Shown: positions 33,152 to 42,995, counted from the first letter of the stretch. The stretch: 42,995 bases of DNA from an uncultured Candidatus Saccharibacteria bacterium (GCA_964390475.1 CAYMIB010000002.1:1-42995), one strand, 5' to 3'. A program made the numbers and translations. Notes: generated by a model from the sequence alone, not told the origin.

Positions 33152-33712
33152 CTACTTCACCCCCAAAAGTTCAACTTCAAACACAAGAGTAGCGTTTGGT
33201 GGAATCACGTCGCCGGCGCCAGATGCACCGTAACCAAATGCTGGAGGAACAACCAATCGTCGCTTGCCACCAACTTTCATACCATCAAAACCTTTGTCCC
33301 AGCCAGGAATGACCATGCCAGCACCAAGAACAAATTCGAAAGGTACACCGCGAGCGATTGAACTATCGAAAACTTTTCCGTCTGTGAAAGCACCAGAGTA
33401 ATGCACAGTGAGAGTTTTTCCGGCAACTGCCTCGGCGCCAGTTCCAACCACGACGTCCTGAATTTCAAAGCCAGAAACTGATGATGAAAAAGAATTTTGA
33501 GGTGCTGTGTCCATAGAATTTATTGTTGTGTCGTTAGTTGAATCATTAATTGCATCAATCGTTTGAGCGGTTTGCATACTTTGAGTGCTACCACGGTCTT
33601 CATTCCCCGCTCCAAAGAAAGAAACAACATTTCGGCCTGTGGTGAAGAAAATAATGATGACGATCAGAGAAAGTGTTACCGCTATCCATTGGTTTCTAGA
33701 TAATTTTTTCAT
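33152..33712 (-). CDS. Membrane-anchored FKBP-type peptidyl-prolyl cis-trans isomerase
   Basis: 186 aa with an N-terminal TM. The C-terminal FKBP domain reads LTVHYSGAFTDGKVFDSS...PFEFVLGAGMVIPGWDKG...GGKRRLVVPPAFGYG. Confidence 0.85.
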   Translation of the reverse strand: MKKLSRNQWIAVTLSLIVIIIFFTTGRNVVSFFGAGNEDRGSTQSMQTAQTIDAINDSTNDTTINSMDTAPQNSFSSSVSGFEIQDVVVGTGAEAVAGKTLTVHYSGAFTDGKVFDSSIARGVPFEFVLGAGMVIPGWDKGFDGMKVGGKRRLVVPPAFGYGASGAGDVIPPNATLVFEVELLGVK

Positions 33713-33853
33713 ATTTTGCCTAATTATTTTTAATCTCCCAGAATATTTAACAATTTCTTATAAAGTATTTGTATAGTATACCGCCTGGAAATTTGCCCGC
33801 AACGAACACCAAACGAACTTGCGATTCGCTTGGCAAGCCCGTAGAATTAGCCC

Positions 33854-34588
33854 ATGACAACACCGAAAAGAGACACCCCGGGCACCGAGGAAAATGATAA
33901 AAAGATTTTAGTGGCTGGATCATTGAGCCAAGAACAAGTTCATGACTCTGCAACAAGGAGAGTCGAGCTTATCACCAAAGAATTCAGTGAAGGTTTCGAA
34001 TTTTTGGAGGATTATCCGAAAACCGTTACAGTTTTTGGCTCGTCAATGATTACCGAAAACAGCCCATTTTATGAAATGGCTCGATCTTTGTGTAAAAAAA
34101 TTGCCGGAATTGACTACTCGGTCATCACTGGAGGTGGACCAGGAATCATGGAGGCCGCCAACCGCGGGGCTTTTGAAGCCCACGGTAGATCACTTGGCAT
34201 AACCATCAAACTTCCCCACGAGCAAACGACCAACAGCTATGTTACCGACAAAATAGCCCTGACCTACTTTTTTGCTCGAAAGGTTTGCCTGTCTTTTTCG
34301 GCTGAAGCCTACATTTTCTTCCCGGGTGGTTTCGGCACCCTCGATGAGTTTTTTGAAATTTTGACCTTGGTTCAAACAAAAAAAGTTGAGTCTGTACCGA
34401 TTATTTTAGTCGGATCAGAATATTGGCGACCACTTGAAAAATTTATTCTAAATGAAGTCCTTTCGCGTGGCATGATCGACTCCGAGGACATGAACCTGTT
34501 TTTCATCGAAGACAACGAACAAAAGATTCTCGATATTATTCAAAAATCACCGATCAGAAATGGCGTTAAGTACGATCATTCCGAGTAA
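33854..34588 (+). CDS. LOG / TIGR00730-family Rossmann-fold nucleotide-binding protein
   Basis: 244 aa. VTVFGSS, GGGPGIMEAANRGA and PGGFGTLDEFFE motifs. Confidence 0.8.
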   Translation: MTTPKRDTPGTEENDKKILVAGSLSQEQVHDSATRRVELITKEFSEGFEFLEDYPKTVTVFGSSMITENSPFYEMARSLCKKIAGIDYSVITGGGPGIMEAANRGAFEAHGRSLGITIKLPHEQTTNSYVTDKIALTYFFARKVCLSFSAEAYIFFPGGFGTLDEFFEILTLVQTKKVESVPIILVGSEYWRPLEKFILNEVLSRGMIDSEDMNLFFIEDNEQKILDIIQKSPIRNGVKYDHSE

Positions 34589-34618
34589 AATACCAAGGTC
34601 TCAAAGACGTAGGTCCTA

Positions 34619-35986
34619 TTAATCCAACTGCTCTTTAATATACTTCTGAAGTTCTTGGATTCGATTTCGAATCTGGGCGGCACGTTCAAATTCTTCGCTA
34701 GCGGCCATTGTTTTCTTTTCTTCTTCGAGTTTTGAAATCATTTTTTCAACTTCCGCTCGTGGCAGTTTTGGAATATGAGCATCGGTTCTTTGGCGAATGT
34801 CTTCGTCTTCAACTTTTGACATCGCATCAACCCTTCCTGATCTCTGCCAGTCAAAAGCCATGAAAACAATGTCATGGTAAAGGTTCTTAGCCTTTTCTAA
34901 TTTTTCTGGAGAAATGTTTGGCACGAGGCGAACTGAATCAAAAAGTTCCTTCGCTCCTCGTTCTACCATTTCAATACTCCACCATGGCCTAGCCGAAGCC
35001 CACCAATATTGGTCAGAATGAAGTGCTCGGTCTAGGGAATGTCTAGCTTCCGCATAACCAGCCATTTTTTGGTCAGCGTTGGCTACGGTTTCGATTGCAA
35101 AATTTGTCAGTTCCCATTGTAGTTTTTGAATTTCATTGTCGTCATCTAGCCACCGCGCAAAAGGAATGCGCTTTTCTTTGTCTTTTTCCATAAGCGCCCA
35201 AGTCGACGGAATAGGATCAATTTCTTTTTCTTCTTTAAAATACTGAGGCAACTCCGAAACCAAAACGGATTTTAGCCCACTTGCTTCATGCATTTCAAAA
35301 AGAAGTTCTTCGAGACCCGGCCGATGATGTCCGAACGACTCTCCGTCCATGGCGGTCAGCAAGTATTCATTTTTATTAATTCTGTCACCAAGGTTTTGAA
35401 CTAAAAGATTGGCCGTTCCAACCTGGCCAGAAAGAATAATCCAACTCATCCGACGCTCGCGAAAATAAATATTGAAATCTGGAATACCCGGAATGTTGTA
35501 AATTTTTCCATAATCAACCGGCCGTTTGTCCATTGGAAATGAAAGTTCATCAACAATCACCCATTTATATCCGAGTTTGTGAACGATTTTTCCAACTTCA
35601 ACATCAAAACCCATTTCTGGCGGGAAAAAACCAACCGGCTTCCACAAATCACCGAAATATTTTCTCAGCACTTCTTCGTTTAACTTAATCTGGCGAATGA
35701 CTTCATTTTCCGGCAAAAAAGGCAAAAGCGGATGATATTTAGCGCTGCCGGTGATTTCAATCTGTCCCCTTTTAAGAAGCTCACGAATCATATCGATGAC
35801 ATCAATGTGACCGTTTTCCTCAAGCAGTTCGAGCAATATTCCGTTGATATTAAAAGTAACCTTGTTTCCAGGCTGTTTTAAAAGACCTTTTATAATTGGC
35901 CGATATGACTCGGCTGTAATTTTATTTACCCATACCGGCTTTTGTGTCGGTGGTTGGTAAAAGTGAAGAAAATTTGCCCAGTACAT
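34619..35986 (-). CDS. Glycoside hydrolase family 57 protein with C-terminal UVR-like helix
   Basis: 455 aa. GH57 conserved regions are recognisable (LHFYQPP, GQIEITGSAKYHPLLP, MDGESFGHH, HSDQYWWA). The C-terminus EEFERAAQIRNRIQELQ resembles a UVR motif. Confidence 0.75.
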   Translation of the reverse strand: MYWANFLHFYQPPTQKPVWVNKITAESYRPIIKGLLKQPGNKVTFNINGILLELLEENGHIDVIDMIRELLKRGQIEITGSAKYHPLLPFLPENEVIRQIKLNEEVLRKYFGDLWKPVGFFPPEMGFDVEVGKIVHKLGYKWVIVDELSFPMDKRPVDYGKIYNIPGIPDFNIYFRERRMSWIILSGQVGTANLLVQNLGDRINKNEYLLTAMDGESFGHHRPGLEELLFEMHEASGLKSVLVSELPQYFKEEKEIDPIPSTWALMEKDKEKRIPFARWLDDDNEIQKLQWELTNFAIETVANADQKMAGYAEARHSLDRALHSDQYWWASARPWWSIEMVERGAKELFDSVRLVPNISPEKLEKAKNLYHDIVFMAFDWQRSGRVDAMSKVEDEDIRQRTDAHIPKLPRAEVEKMISKLEEEKKTMAASEEFERAAQIRNRIQELQKYIKEQLD

Positions 35987-36007
35987 TATGTAATTTTTAC
36001 GAAACTA

Positions 36008-37573
36008 TTATTTATTTTTATTGCGATCTTTGGATCGAAGTTCGATTGCTAATTCATAGAGTCGAGAATATTCTTCAGCCGATTTTTCCCAAGAGAAATT
36101 GCGAGCCATGGCCTGCTTTTGGATCTCACGCCAAGCCACAGGGTTTCTGTAGTGTTCCACAGCTCGAGTAACAGCAATAGCCATTGAAAGCGCGTTGAAA
36201 TCGGAAAAAGTAAAACCGTTTCCTAGCCCGGTTTTGGCGCTAAAATCGGTAACCGAATCATTCAAACCACCGGTTTTTCTAACAATCGGCACCAAACCGT
36301 AACGCATGGCCTCCATTTGGACTAGTCCGCACGGTTCGAAACGAGACGGAATCAAAATCATGTCAGCACCACCGAAAACTAAACGCGGAAGGATCGTGTC
36401 AAATGTCAGATGAGCCGAAACCTGTTTTGGAAATTGGTCGGCTAGGTCTTTAAAATAACCCATATATTTTCCATCACCAGAGCCAACGACAACCAGTTGG
36501 AAGTCGAGCTCTTTAACCAACGACTCGGTCATTCCAAAAAGTAAATCAAAACCCTTTTGTTCGACCAATCTGGAAACAATAGCCACAACCGGTACCTTTT
36601 TATCCTTCGGTAAACCAAAACGAACCTGTAGTTCTTCTTTGTTTTTCGCCCTCTTTGAAAGAGAACCAGATTTGTAATTCGAGACCAGCCGCTTGTCGGT
36701 CTCTGGATTAAATTCATCGTAATCAATACCGTTAAGCACACCGTGAACACGAGCTCGACGCTCTTTCAAAAGCTCATCGAGTCCTTCACCAAACTCTTTA
36801 GTCATTATTTCCTGAGAATATGTCGGCGAAACCGTCGCAATCAAGTCACTATAAATAATGCCGCGGCGCATACCGTTCATTTTGAGCAGTCGAGGGTCGA
36901 AAAAGGATGGCATGGCGGACTGTCCGTCGTCAAAATCCATTTCAGAAACGAAATGATGGTCAAACATACCTTGGTAGTAAAGGTTATGGATCATGAAAAC
37001 TGTGGCCAAGTTCGCAAACTTTGGTAGGTCTCGGTATGAAGTGTGAAGATAACTTGAAAGAAAACCAGTCTGCCAGTCTGAAGCGACGATAACGTCCGGC
37101 ATCCAATCATTTGAAACTTTTAAAAATTCCAAAACCCCACGACAAAAAAGCGTCCAGCGTATAGCGTCATCGCTGTATCCGTAAACATTTGAACGTTTCT
37201 CATAGTACTCTTCATTTTCCAAAAAATAGGTCGTGACGGGAATTTTTTCACCAGAACCACCTTTTGAGCCGGTTTTTTTAGGGGTGTATTTTCGAACATT
37301 ACAAACCAAATGAGTTGGCTCGCTATCTTGGTCACCCTTGCTATCTGTGGGCACTTCAAGGCCTTCGTATTCCATCTTTAGATGGTATTTATCCGGGTCG
37401 ATGTCCGCATAGCGCGGAATCATCACTCTGACGTCGTATCCAAGCTTATCCAATGCTCTGGGTAGAGAAAAAATCACTTCACCCAAACCGCCAGCCTTCG
37501 CAAAAGGCTTAGCTTCCGGGGCAATAAATAGAATTCGCCTCGAGTCTTTAGACGAATTAAACAAAAAAGACAT
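36008..37573 (-). CDS. glgA: Glycogen/starch synthase (GT5)
   Basis: 521 aa. N-terminal ILFIAPEAKPFAKAGGLGEV (KxGGL motif) and C-terminal SRFEPCGLVQMEAMRYG. Confidence 0.85.
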   Translation of the reverse strand: MSFLFNSSKDSRRILFIAPEAKPFAKAGGLGEVIFSLPRALDKLGYDVRVMIPRYADIDPDKYHLKMEYEGLEVPTDSKGDQDSEPTHLVCNVRKYTPKKTGSKGGSGEKIPVTTYFLENEEYYEKRSNVYGYSDDAIRWTLFCRGVLEFLKVSNDWMPDVIVASDWQTGFLSSYLHTSYRDLPKFANLATVFMIHNLYYQGMFDHHFVSEMDFDDGQSAMPSFFDPRLLKMNGMRRGIIYSDLIATVSPTYSQEIMTKEFGEGLDELLKERRARVHGVLNGIDYDEFNPETDKRLVSNYKSGSLSKRAKNKEELQVRFGLPKDKKVPVVAIVSRLVEQKGFDLLFGMTESLVKELDFQLVVVGSGDGKYMGYFKDLADQFPKQVSAHLTFDTILPRLVFGGADMILIPSRFEPCGLVQMEAMRYGLVPIVRKTGGLNDSVTDFSAKTGLGNGFTFSDFNALSMAIAVTRAVEHYRNPVAWREIQKQAMARNFSWEKSAEEYSRLYELAIELRSKDRNKNK

Positions 37574-37650
37574 TCAGATATTATACTACAAATTAAGGCA
37601 GGTAAAAAGAGGTCTAAGGTGGTCTGGTATAATTCTTTATAATTCAAAAA

Positions 37651-39312
37651 ATGACGAACGAACCAAAAAAAACTCAAACTGAAAGCGGGACCGAGACCAA
37701 AACCGGAGAACAGCACTGGTCACGAAGCGCTATCACCTATCAGATTTACCCGATGAGCTTCAAAGATTCAAACGGTGACGGCAAGGGTGACCTTGGCGGT
37801 ATTTTAGAAAAAATTGACTACTTAAACGGTGCCCAAAATTCACTAGGAATAAACGCTGTCTGGCTTTGTCCTTTTTATCCATCGCCAATGCTCGATTTCG
37901 GTTACGACGTTTCAGATTTTACTGGAGTCAATTCGATCTTTGGTGACATGGAAACGTTCGAACGACTGTCAGCCGAACTCCACAAGCGCGGAATAAAAAT
38001 TATTGTTGATTTTGTCGGCAACCACACTTCAATTCTTCATAAATGGTTTGAGGAGTCCCGAAGTTCAAAGACCAACCCGAAGCGCGATTGGTATGTTTGG
38101 CGAGATGGCGATGGTCGAGGTGGACCACCCAACAACTGGGTAAGCGTTTTCAGCGGCTCAGCCTGGGAACTCGACCCAAAGACTGGTCAGTATTATTTTC
38201 ACAGCTTTCTAAAGGGTCAGCCGGATTTAAACTGGCGCAATCCAGAAGTTCGCAAGGCAATGATGGAGGTAATAGATTTTTGGGTTGAAAAAGGAATCGA
38301 TGGTTTCCGAGTTGATGCCTTTGTTCATTTCATTGAGGACGATCAGTTTAGAGATGATCCCATAAATCCCCTATACAAAAAAGCCAATGATGATCCGTTT
38401 GGTGCCTTGACCCATATTCACAGCATTGGTGAGCTAGATCGAGCGAGTATTGTCGGCGATTTTTTTAATGAAGCCTTGGCAAAACATTCGGAGATTTTAA
38501 TCGTTAGCGAAGCATATGTCGGCCCAAAAGATATCCGACGAATTCAAGAAATTTGCCAGAGCGAACGATTCACGGTTTTTAACTTTAATTTCATCAATAA
38601 AAAATGGGATGCCCTGGAGTACAAACGGATAATTGATGAATACCTGCTCGACTCACCACCGTATTTTTTACCAAATTTCGTTTTTGGAAATCATGATGTC
38701 AAACGGTTGATGACCCGGGTTGGCGAAGCGGAGGCCAGACTGACAGCTTTTCTGCAGTTTACTCTGCCCGGTATGCTTTTTGTTTACTACGGTGAGGAAA
38801 TCGGCATGACAGACGGCAAAATTCCTCATAGTGCACTCCGAGATGCAATCTCGAAAGTTTTTATTGGCTTTCACGGAGGACGGGACCCGGAAAGAACACC
38901 CATGCAGTGGGATGATTCACCATATGCCGGGTTTAGCACGGACAAGCCATGGTTACCAGTCAACGACAACTACAAAACCATAAACGTGGCTCATGCCGAG
39001 CGAGATCCGCAATCTATGCTTTCTTTGTACAAAAATCTGATTAAACTCAGAAATCAGATCCCCGCCCTTAAGCTCGGCCAATATGTTCCTCTCAACTCAA
39101 GTTCAACTGAAGTCTTTTCATTTGAAGTCCATCATGAAAACGAGCGGTATTTCATAACTATGAATTTCAGTGCCAACGTGCAAAGAGAACTTTTGCCAAC
39201 CGATTCAAAAGATCCCGCGATAATTTTCAGCACCGCAAACCAAGTTTCCACCTCCAGACTCCCTCGATCGATCGAACTTATGCCGTTTGAGGGCTATGTA
39301 GTAAAAATTTAG
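37651..39312 (+). CDS. GH13 alpha-glucosidase / oligo-1,6-glucosidase-like enzyme
   Basis: 553 aa. YQIYPMSFKDSNGDGKGDLGG. GH13 regions DFVGNHTS, GIDGFRVDA, IVSEAY and FGNHD. Confidence 0.85.
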   Translation: MTNEPKKTQTESGTETKTGEQHWSRSAITYQIYPMSFKDSNGDGKGDLGGILEKIDYLNGAQNSLGINAVWLCPFYPSPMLDFGYDVSDFTGVNSIFGDMETFERLSAELHKRGIKIIVDFVGNHTSILHKWFEESRSSKTNPKRDWYVWRDGDGRGGPPNNWVSVFSGSAWELDPKTGQYYFHSFLKGQPDLNWRNPEVRKAMMEVIDFWVEKGIDGFRVDAFVHFIEDDQFRDDPINPLYKKANDDPFGALTHIHSIGELDRASIVGDFFNEALAKHSEILIVSEAYVGPKDIRRIQEICQSERFTVFNFNFINKKWDALEYKRIIDEYLLDSPPYFLPNFVFGNHDVKRLMTRVGEAEARLTAFLQFTLPGMLFVYYGEEIGMTDGKIPHSALRDAISKVFIGFHGGRDPERTPMQWDDSPYAGFSTDKPWLPVNDNYKTINVAHAERDPQSMLSLYKNLIKLRNQIPALKLGQYVPLNSSSTEVFSFEVHHENERYFITMNFSANVQRELLPTDSKDPAIIFSTANQVSTSRLPRSIELMPFEGYVVKI

Positions 39313-39405
39313 GTAAATTTAAGCTAAGACCTTATACATCAAAACAAAAACCACCCGTTTGGGCGATTTTTGTAAACTATATTTCAGAACTAAAACAAAG
39401 TGAAT

Positions 39406-39813
39406 CTACATCTTTGACCTTAAAACCCTCATCGCCACGTGTTTACCTGGACCGATAAAGACCAAAGCCAAAAGTGAAGCGAGTAATGCGAGATCGAGCT
39501 CATATCCACCCAAAAGTCCGATCTTGAAGGTAATCATCTTTACATATACCAAAGCCACAACCATAACTATGGCGAGCAAAAGAGCTGCCAAGTCTGTATA
39601 TAGACCAATAATCAAAGCGAGACCACCCAAAAGCTCAATAGTGGCGACAACATACGCCATAACTGCTGGCATGCCGAGCTGACCAAAGAAAGCAATCGTA
39701 CTGGCCATGTCTCCAAATTTGTCCCAACCATGAGCAACAAAAATGATACCGACAGCCAATCTTAATAAAAGCATGCCGAGGTCCTGATTCTTTTTTATAT
39801 TTACCATGAACAA
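39406..39813 (-). CDS. DoxX-family membrane protein
   Basis: 135 aa with four hydrophobic helices. LLLRLAVGIIFVAHGWDKF is the typical DoxX N-terminal pattern. Confidence 0.75.
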   Translation of the reverse strand: MFMVNIKKNQDLGMLLLRLAVGIIFVAHGWDKFGDMASTIAFFGQLGMPAVMAYVVATIELLGGLALIIGLYTDLAALLLAIVMVVALVYVKMITFKIGLLGGYELDLALLASLLALVFIGPGKHVAMRVLRSKM

Positions 39814-39882
39814 AATTTAACTTATAAATAAACTAAAATATAAACCTTACACAAACCAGTGGATCACACCTAAATTGTACAA

Positions 39883-41166
39883 TTAGGCCTTAGTGATGTC
39901 ACGGGGATAAAAAATGTCTATTGCCCAATCTACTGCAATTTTTATTCGCTTTGGCCAAGACGCGAATTTGGTGATATAAACGACTCGCCAAATGAACCAA
40001 GCTAGTGGACCCTCCCAAAGAATATTAAAAATATGTCCAACGGCCTGCCATTGTCCGAGTGAAAGGAGGTCGCCTTTTGATTTAAAGCGAAAAGCTTTTA
40101 GCTTGCCAGGTTGAAGGGCCCTTCCACGACAAATCGCCAAAGCTTCAGAAACAACGTTGGCCGCCGCTATTTCCGCGGCCTGAACCGCCGCCTGGGCAAG
40201 CATGGGTATCGATTCATTTTCAATGGTAGCAACGTCACCCAAAGCGAAAACATTATCGTGACCCACAGCTTTCAAATTCTTATCAACAATAATTCTTCCA
40301 GCACGAGGATCTTTCATAAACGGCTTGTCTGAAGCAGGAACGTTTGGACCAACACCAGCCATCCAAAAAACATGTTCGGAATCAATCCGTGAATCATCGC
40401 TCAGAGTGACGCCATCGCCGTCCACGGCCTTCACGCGCAAACCAATCACAACCTTCACCCCTATTCTCGTCAAAATTTTCATTGCCCGAGCTCGGACTTT
40501 TGGATGAAAAACTTTGAGTAGTTCTGTGTCGCCAGCAACTAGATAAATACTTATCTCATCCCCAGAAACCTGACCGCAGAAAAATTTTCTTAGGGTATCA
40601 AAGAAAAGATCAGCCATTTCAGCGGCCAACTCAACGCCGGTCGCACCACCTCCTGCCAACACAAACGTCAAAAGTCTTTTGCGCTCGGCAAGATCTTTGG
40701 TCTCCACCGCTTTTTCAAAGGCCGTGATTAGACGGTTGCGGATCTTTATCGCATCATGAAGATTCTTTAAAACGAAAGTATTTTCGACCGCACCAGGAAT
40801 GTTGTAAAAAGCCGTACTCGCCCCAGTCGCAACAACCAAAATGTCATAAGGAATCGTCGCAACCGAAGTTTCAACAGTTTTGTTTGCGGTATTTATATTT
40901 TTAACCTCCGCAACATGTAAGGTCGCACCTGGTTTCCAGATAATAGAACGTAGGGACTCAACGACCTGATGATGGGCCAGTCCGCCGGTCGCTACTTCAT
41001 GCAAAAGCGGGGTGAAAAGAAAATAGTTTGTATGGTTGATTATTGTTATATCAACCTTTCTAGCCGAAAGCCGCTTACGAATATTTAAAAAAGTGTAAAT
41101 TCCTCCAAAACCGGCACCCAAAATAACAATTCGAGGTTTAATTTTATTTTTGCTTTCTGGCAACAT
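39883..41166 (-). CDS. ndh: Type II NADH dehydrogenase-like FAD/NAD(P) oxidoreductase
   Basis: 427 aa with two dinucleotide folds (IVILGAGFGGIY; VLAGGGATGVELAAE). Size and layout match NDH-2. Confidence 0.75.
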   Translation of the reverse strand: MLPESKNKIKPRIVILGAGFGGIYTFLNIRKRLSARKVDITIINHTNYFLFTPLLHEVATGGLAHHQVVESLRSIIWKPGATLHVAEVKNINTANKTVETSVATIPYDILVVATGASTAFYNIPGAVENTFVLKNLHDAIKIRNRLITAFEKAVETKDLAERKRLLTFVLAGGGATGVELAAEMADLFFDTLRKFFCGQVSGDEISIYLVAGDTELLKVFHPKVRARAMKILTRIGVKVVIGLRVKAVDGDGVTLSDDSRIDSEHVFWMAGVGPNVPASDKPFMKDPRAGRIIVDKNLKAVGHDNVFALGDVATIENESIPMLAQAAVQAAEIAAANVVSEALAICRGRALQPGKLKAFRFKSKGDLLSLGQWQAVGHIFNILWEGPLAWFIWRVVYITKFASWPKRIKIAVDWAIDIFYPRDITKA

Positions 41167-41275
41167 TTTAGCTTTTTCGTCTGTCGATTAGCGGGTCGTT
41201 AAGTTGATCACTATCTGTTCTTTTGTTTGAATTATTTTAACATAAATTTTAGCCACAAAAAACGGGCATGAATAA

Positions 41276-41302
41276 AGCCCGGCACGTGTGAGGTGTCGGG
41301 CT
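41276..41302 (-). terminator. Hairpin terminator after the lipoprotein gene (possibly bidirectional)
   Basis: AGCCCGGCAC-n7-GTGTCGGGCT, flanked by aataa on one side and tttgttg on the other. Pairing is slightly better on the + strand (G.U there, A.C on the minus strand), so the strand assignment is uncertain. Confidence 0.5.
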
Positions 41303-41326
41303 TTTGTTGCGGTTTGCGATCAGGGT

Positions 41327-41695
41327 TTAGTACGGCCGATGACTTGATCTGCTTGGCGACCACCAGTCGAGCTGGGTGCCACTGCCGTGGTCACGCTCCC
41401 GATATGTAGAGATGCTGTTCCGATCGAAGTGCGTTGGGCCAAAGCGTCCTCCGATGCTGGCATGGAAGTTGTGGCTTTGGTTGACGATGACGACGTCCGA
41501 GCGCGGACCGAGGTCATTCAGACCCAACAACGTGCCAATGTTCGGACCGGTCGTGCCGTAGTTGGCGCCGCCGTATCCGCCGTTGCAGTAGTCGTCGGTG
41601 TCGGTCCAAACAAAACCAGCACAACCAGGCAGCGTGCAGAGCACAACCAATGCCAACATGGCAAAGACAATGAACCTGGAAACTGCAGTCTTCAT
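41327..41695 (-). CDS. Small lipoprotein, hypothetical (GC-rich orphan cassette 4)
   Basis: 122 aa. Signal peptide with lipobox (VVLCTLPGC), SD AGGAG 6 nt from the ATG, and a Gly/Asn-rich mature part. Confidence 0.7.
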   Translation of the reverse strand: MKTAVSRFIVFAMLALVVLCTLPGCAGFVWTDTDDYCNGGYGGANYGTTGPNIGTLLGLNDLGPRSDVVIVNQSHNFHASIGGRFGPTHFDRNSISTYRERDHGSGTQLDWWSPSRSSHRPY

Positions 41696-41773
41696 GGGAA
41701 ACTCCTAACAGGTGGTAATTCGGCAATCGGACAAAACAGACAATCTGTTCGCTCGATGTTCTAGTCTTGGGTA

Positions 41774-41802
41774 ATTATACACCCAAATAGTGGGTTTGTC
41801 AA
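41774..41802 (-). promoter_or_regulatory. Consensus sigma70 promoter of the lipoprotein cassette
   Basis: Minus strand: TTGACAaacccactatttgggtgTATAAT. Both hexamers are perfect and the spacer is 17 nt. Confidence 0.65.
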
Positions 41803-41850
41803 CCTGCATGTACCTACGCCAAGCCTACCCAGCCGTACTGCCTTGTCGCC

Positions 41851-42372
41851 CTACCTCGTCGCCGAAATCGTTTTATTTAGCTCGCTTGGGTTCAGGGCCT
41901 CCGGGGCGGCAACGGTGATGCGGCCAGTAGTGCTGTCTTTAACTATCGTGTAGCCAGTGTCGTAGTCTGTGCCACTAGTGAAATGAGCGCCTTGCATGCT
42001 TGGGTCAAAAGACATAGCGGGAAGATAAGTCGGCACCAAACAATTCGCAACATCGTATCCCCCGCTCGATTTTATAACGGTCGCAGTTGTTGGAATCGCC
42101 CCAGCAGCCGGACAACTAAAGACTCCTTGATTGTCTGTCATGTTTTGACTAACTGCATTTAAGATTGAAAAAACATTACTCGTGCGCTGAGAATTCCTCG
42201 CCTGTGCAAACTGCCGGGCCGGATTGATGGCCACAATAACCACCGCCGCCAAAATCGCAATGATGCCCATTACTAATAAGATTTCTATTAAAGTGAAGCC
42301 GCCTTTGCTAATTCCCTTGCCGGCGCCCTTACCGCTTTTGCCGCCGCCTATTATTTTTTTATTGTTTTTCAT
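41851..42372 (-). CDS. Type IV pilin-like / pseudopilin protein (prepilin-type N-terminal methylation motif)
   Basis: 173 aa. A Gly/Lys-rich leader is followed by G|FTLIEILLVMGIIAILAAVVIVAI, the class III signal peptide pattern. Confidence 0.85.
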   Translation of the reverse strand: MKNNKKIIGGGKSGKGAGKGISKGGFTLIEILLVMGIIAILAAVVIVAINPARQFAQARNSQRTSNVFSILNAVSQNMTDNQGVFSCPAAGAIPTTATVIKSSGGYDVANCLVPTYLPAMSFDPSMQGAHFTSGTDYDTGYTIVKDSTTGRITVAAPEALNPSELNKTISATR

Positions 42373-42422
42373 TGCCCCAGCCTAGCGTACAGGGGTTAAA
42401 GTTTTTCTTAAGAAAGAATAAA

Positions 42423-42995
42423 TTATGAGGAGATAAAGCCTCCCATCTGCAAATCCCAAAGTTTTTTGTAAAGACTGCCTTCTTTTTCAATAAGTCCGGA
42501 GTGAGTTCCTTCCTCCAGAATACTGCCATTTTCCATAACAATAATCCGATCCATTTTTCGAATCGTTGAAAGACGATGTGCAATGACAATCGAAGTCTTA
42601 CCTTTCATGAGAGTATCCAATGCCTCCTGAATCAAAGATTCGGAATGAGAATCGAGGCTTGAAGTCGCTTCATCTAAAATAAGAATTGGCGCATTTTTGA
42701 GGATGGCTCGGGCAATGGCGATACGCTGACGTTCCCCACCAGAAAGCTTCACACCGCGCTCCCCGACCAAGGTTTCGTATTTTTTGGGCAGAACATCGAT
42801 GAATTCGTCACAATGGGCAAGCTTAGCGGCCGCAATTACTTCTTCGTTCGTCGCATCACGCCGTCCGTATCGAATATTTTCCATAAGTGAACGATGGAAA
42901 AGAATCGGGTCTTGCGGAACCAAGCTGATATTTTCACGAAGACTTTCTTGGGTGACTTGGCTGATGTCTTGGTTATCGATAAGAATTTCTCCACT
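42423..42995 (-). CDS. ABC exporter ATP-binding domain (partial; 5' end outside the window)
   Basis: [16 protein letters not shown] signature and [12 protein letters not shown] Walker B. The frame stays open upstream of the track Met to the window edge (..[33 protein letters not shown]). Confidence 0.85.
   Translation of the reverse strand, partial: SGEILIDNQDISQVTQESLRENISLVPQDPILFHRSLMENIRYGRRDATNEEVIAAAKLAHCDEFIDVLPKKYETLVGERGVKLSGGERQRIAIARAILKNAPILILDEATSSLDSHSESLIQEALDTLMKGKTSIVIAHRLSTIRKMDRIIVMENGSILEEGTHSGLIEKEGSLYKKLWDLQMGGFISS

Overview
This 43-kb window looks like a small-genome, low-GC bacterium of the Patescibacteria/CPR type. That placement is inferred from gene content: PGI/PMI, a short UvrC, a type IV pilin-like gene, a DsbA-VKOR pair, many tiny membrane ORFs and compact mostly minus-strand packing.

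Ordinary content:
- Sugar and central metabolism: ROK kinase, PGI/PMI, malic enzyme.
- Regulation: an ECF sigma/anti-sigma pair and a histidine kinase with a double-REC regulator.
- RNA genes: two tRNA-Ala.
- DNA repair and tRNA modification: tag, trhO, uvrC-uvrA, uvrB, tgt.
- Envelope: DsbA-VKOR, ddl, FKBP, LOG, DoxX, NDH-2, a pilin and a partial ABC exporter.
- A glycogen cluster: GH57, glgA, GH13.

The outstanding feature is a ~7.5-kb GC-shifted island between uvrB and tgt (about 23.43-30.97 kb). It holds only three credible ORFs:
- an Fe-S DinG/XPD-like helicase;
- an orphan 86-aa protein;
- a GC-rich 242-aa protein with a RAMP-like glycine-rich motif.

About 4.7 kb of the island is non-coding but highly organised.
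- I count 33 copies of a fixed-geometry hairpin: usually 28 nt, a 12-bp stem plus a GNRA (mostly GAAA) tetraloop, with covarying stems.
- The copies are spaced about 76-106 nt apart and separated by unique 48-78 nt linkers.
- They are packaged into eight separate transcription units. Each appears to have its own sigma70-type extended -10 promoter and intrinsic terminator. Seven of these are fused terminator-promoter modules (six in the minus-strand array, one on the + strand).
- Six further hairpin units trail the helicase ORF before its first terminator.
- One unit sits in inverted orientation behind the 242-aa gene.

I do not recognise this as CRISPR, retron, type III TA, REP/BIME or a named large ncRNA. 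I flag it as a candidate undescribed RNA-protein system.

Separately, four small GC-rich cassettes, each with its own strong RBS and terminator, are scattered among housekeeping genes (about 4.0, 7.1, 32.5 and 41.3 kb). Three of them (not the 32.5-kb one) also show a perfect TTGACA -35.

All calls come from reading the sequence and from remembered family motifs. No searches were run.
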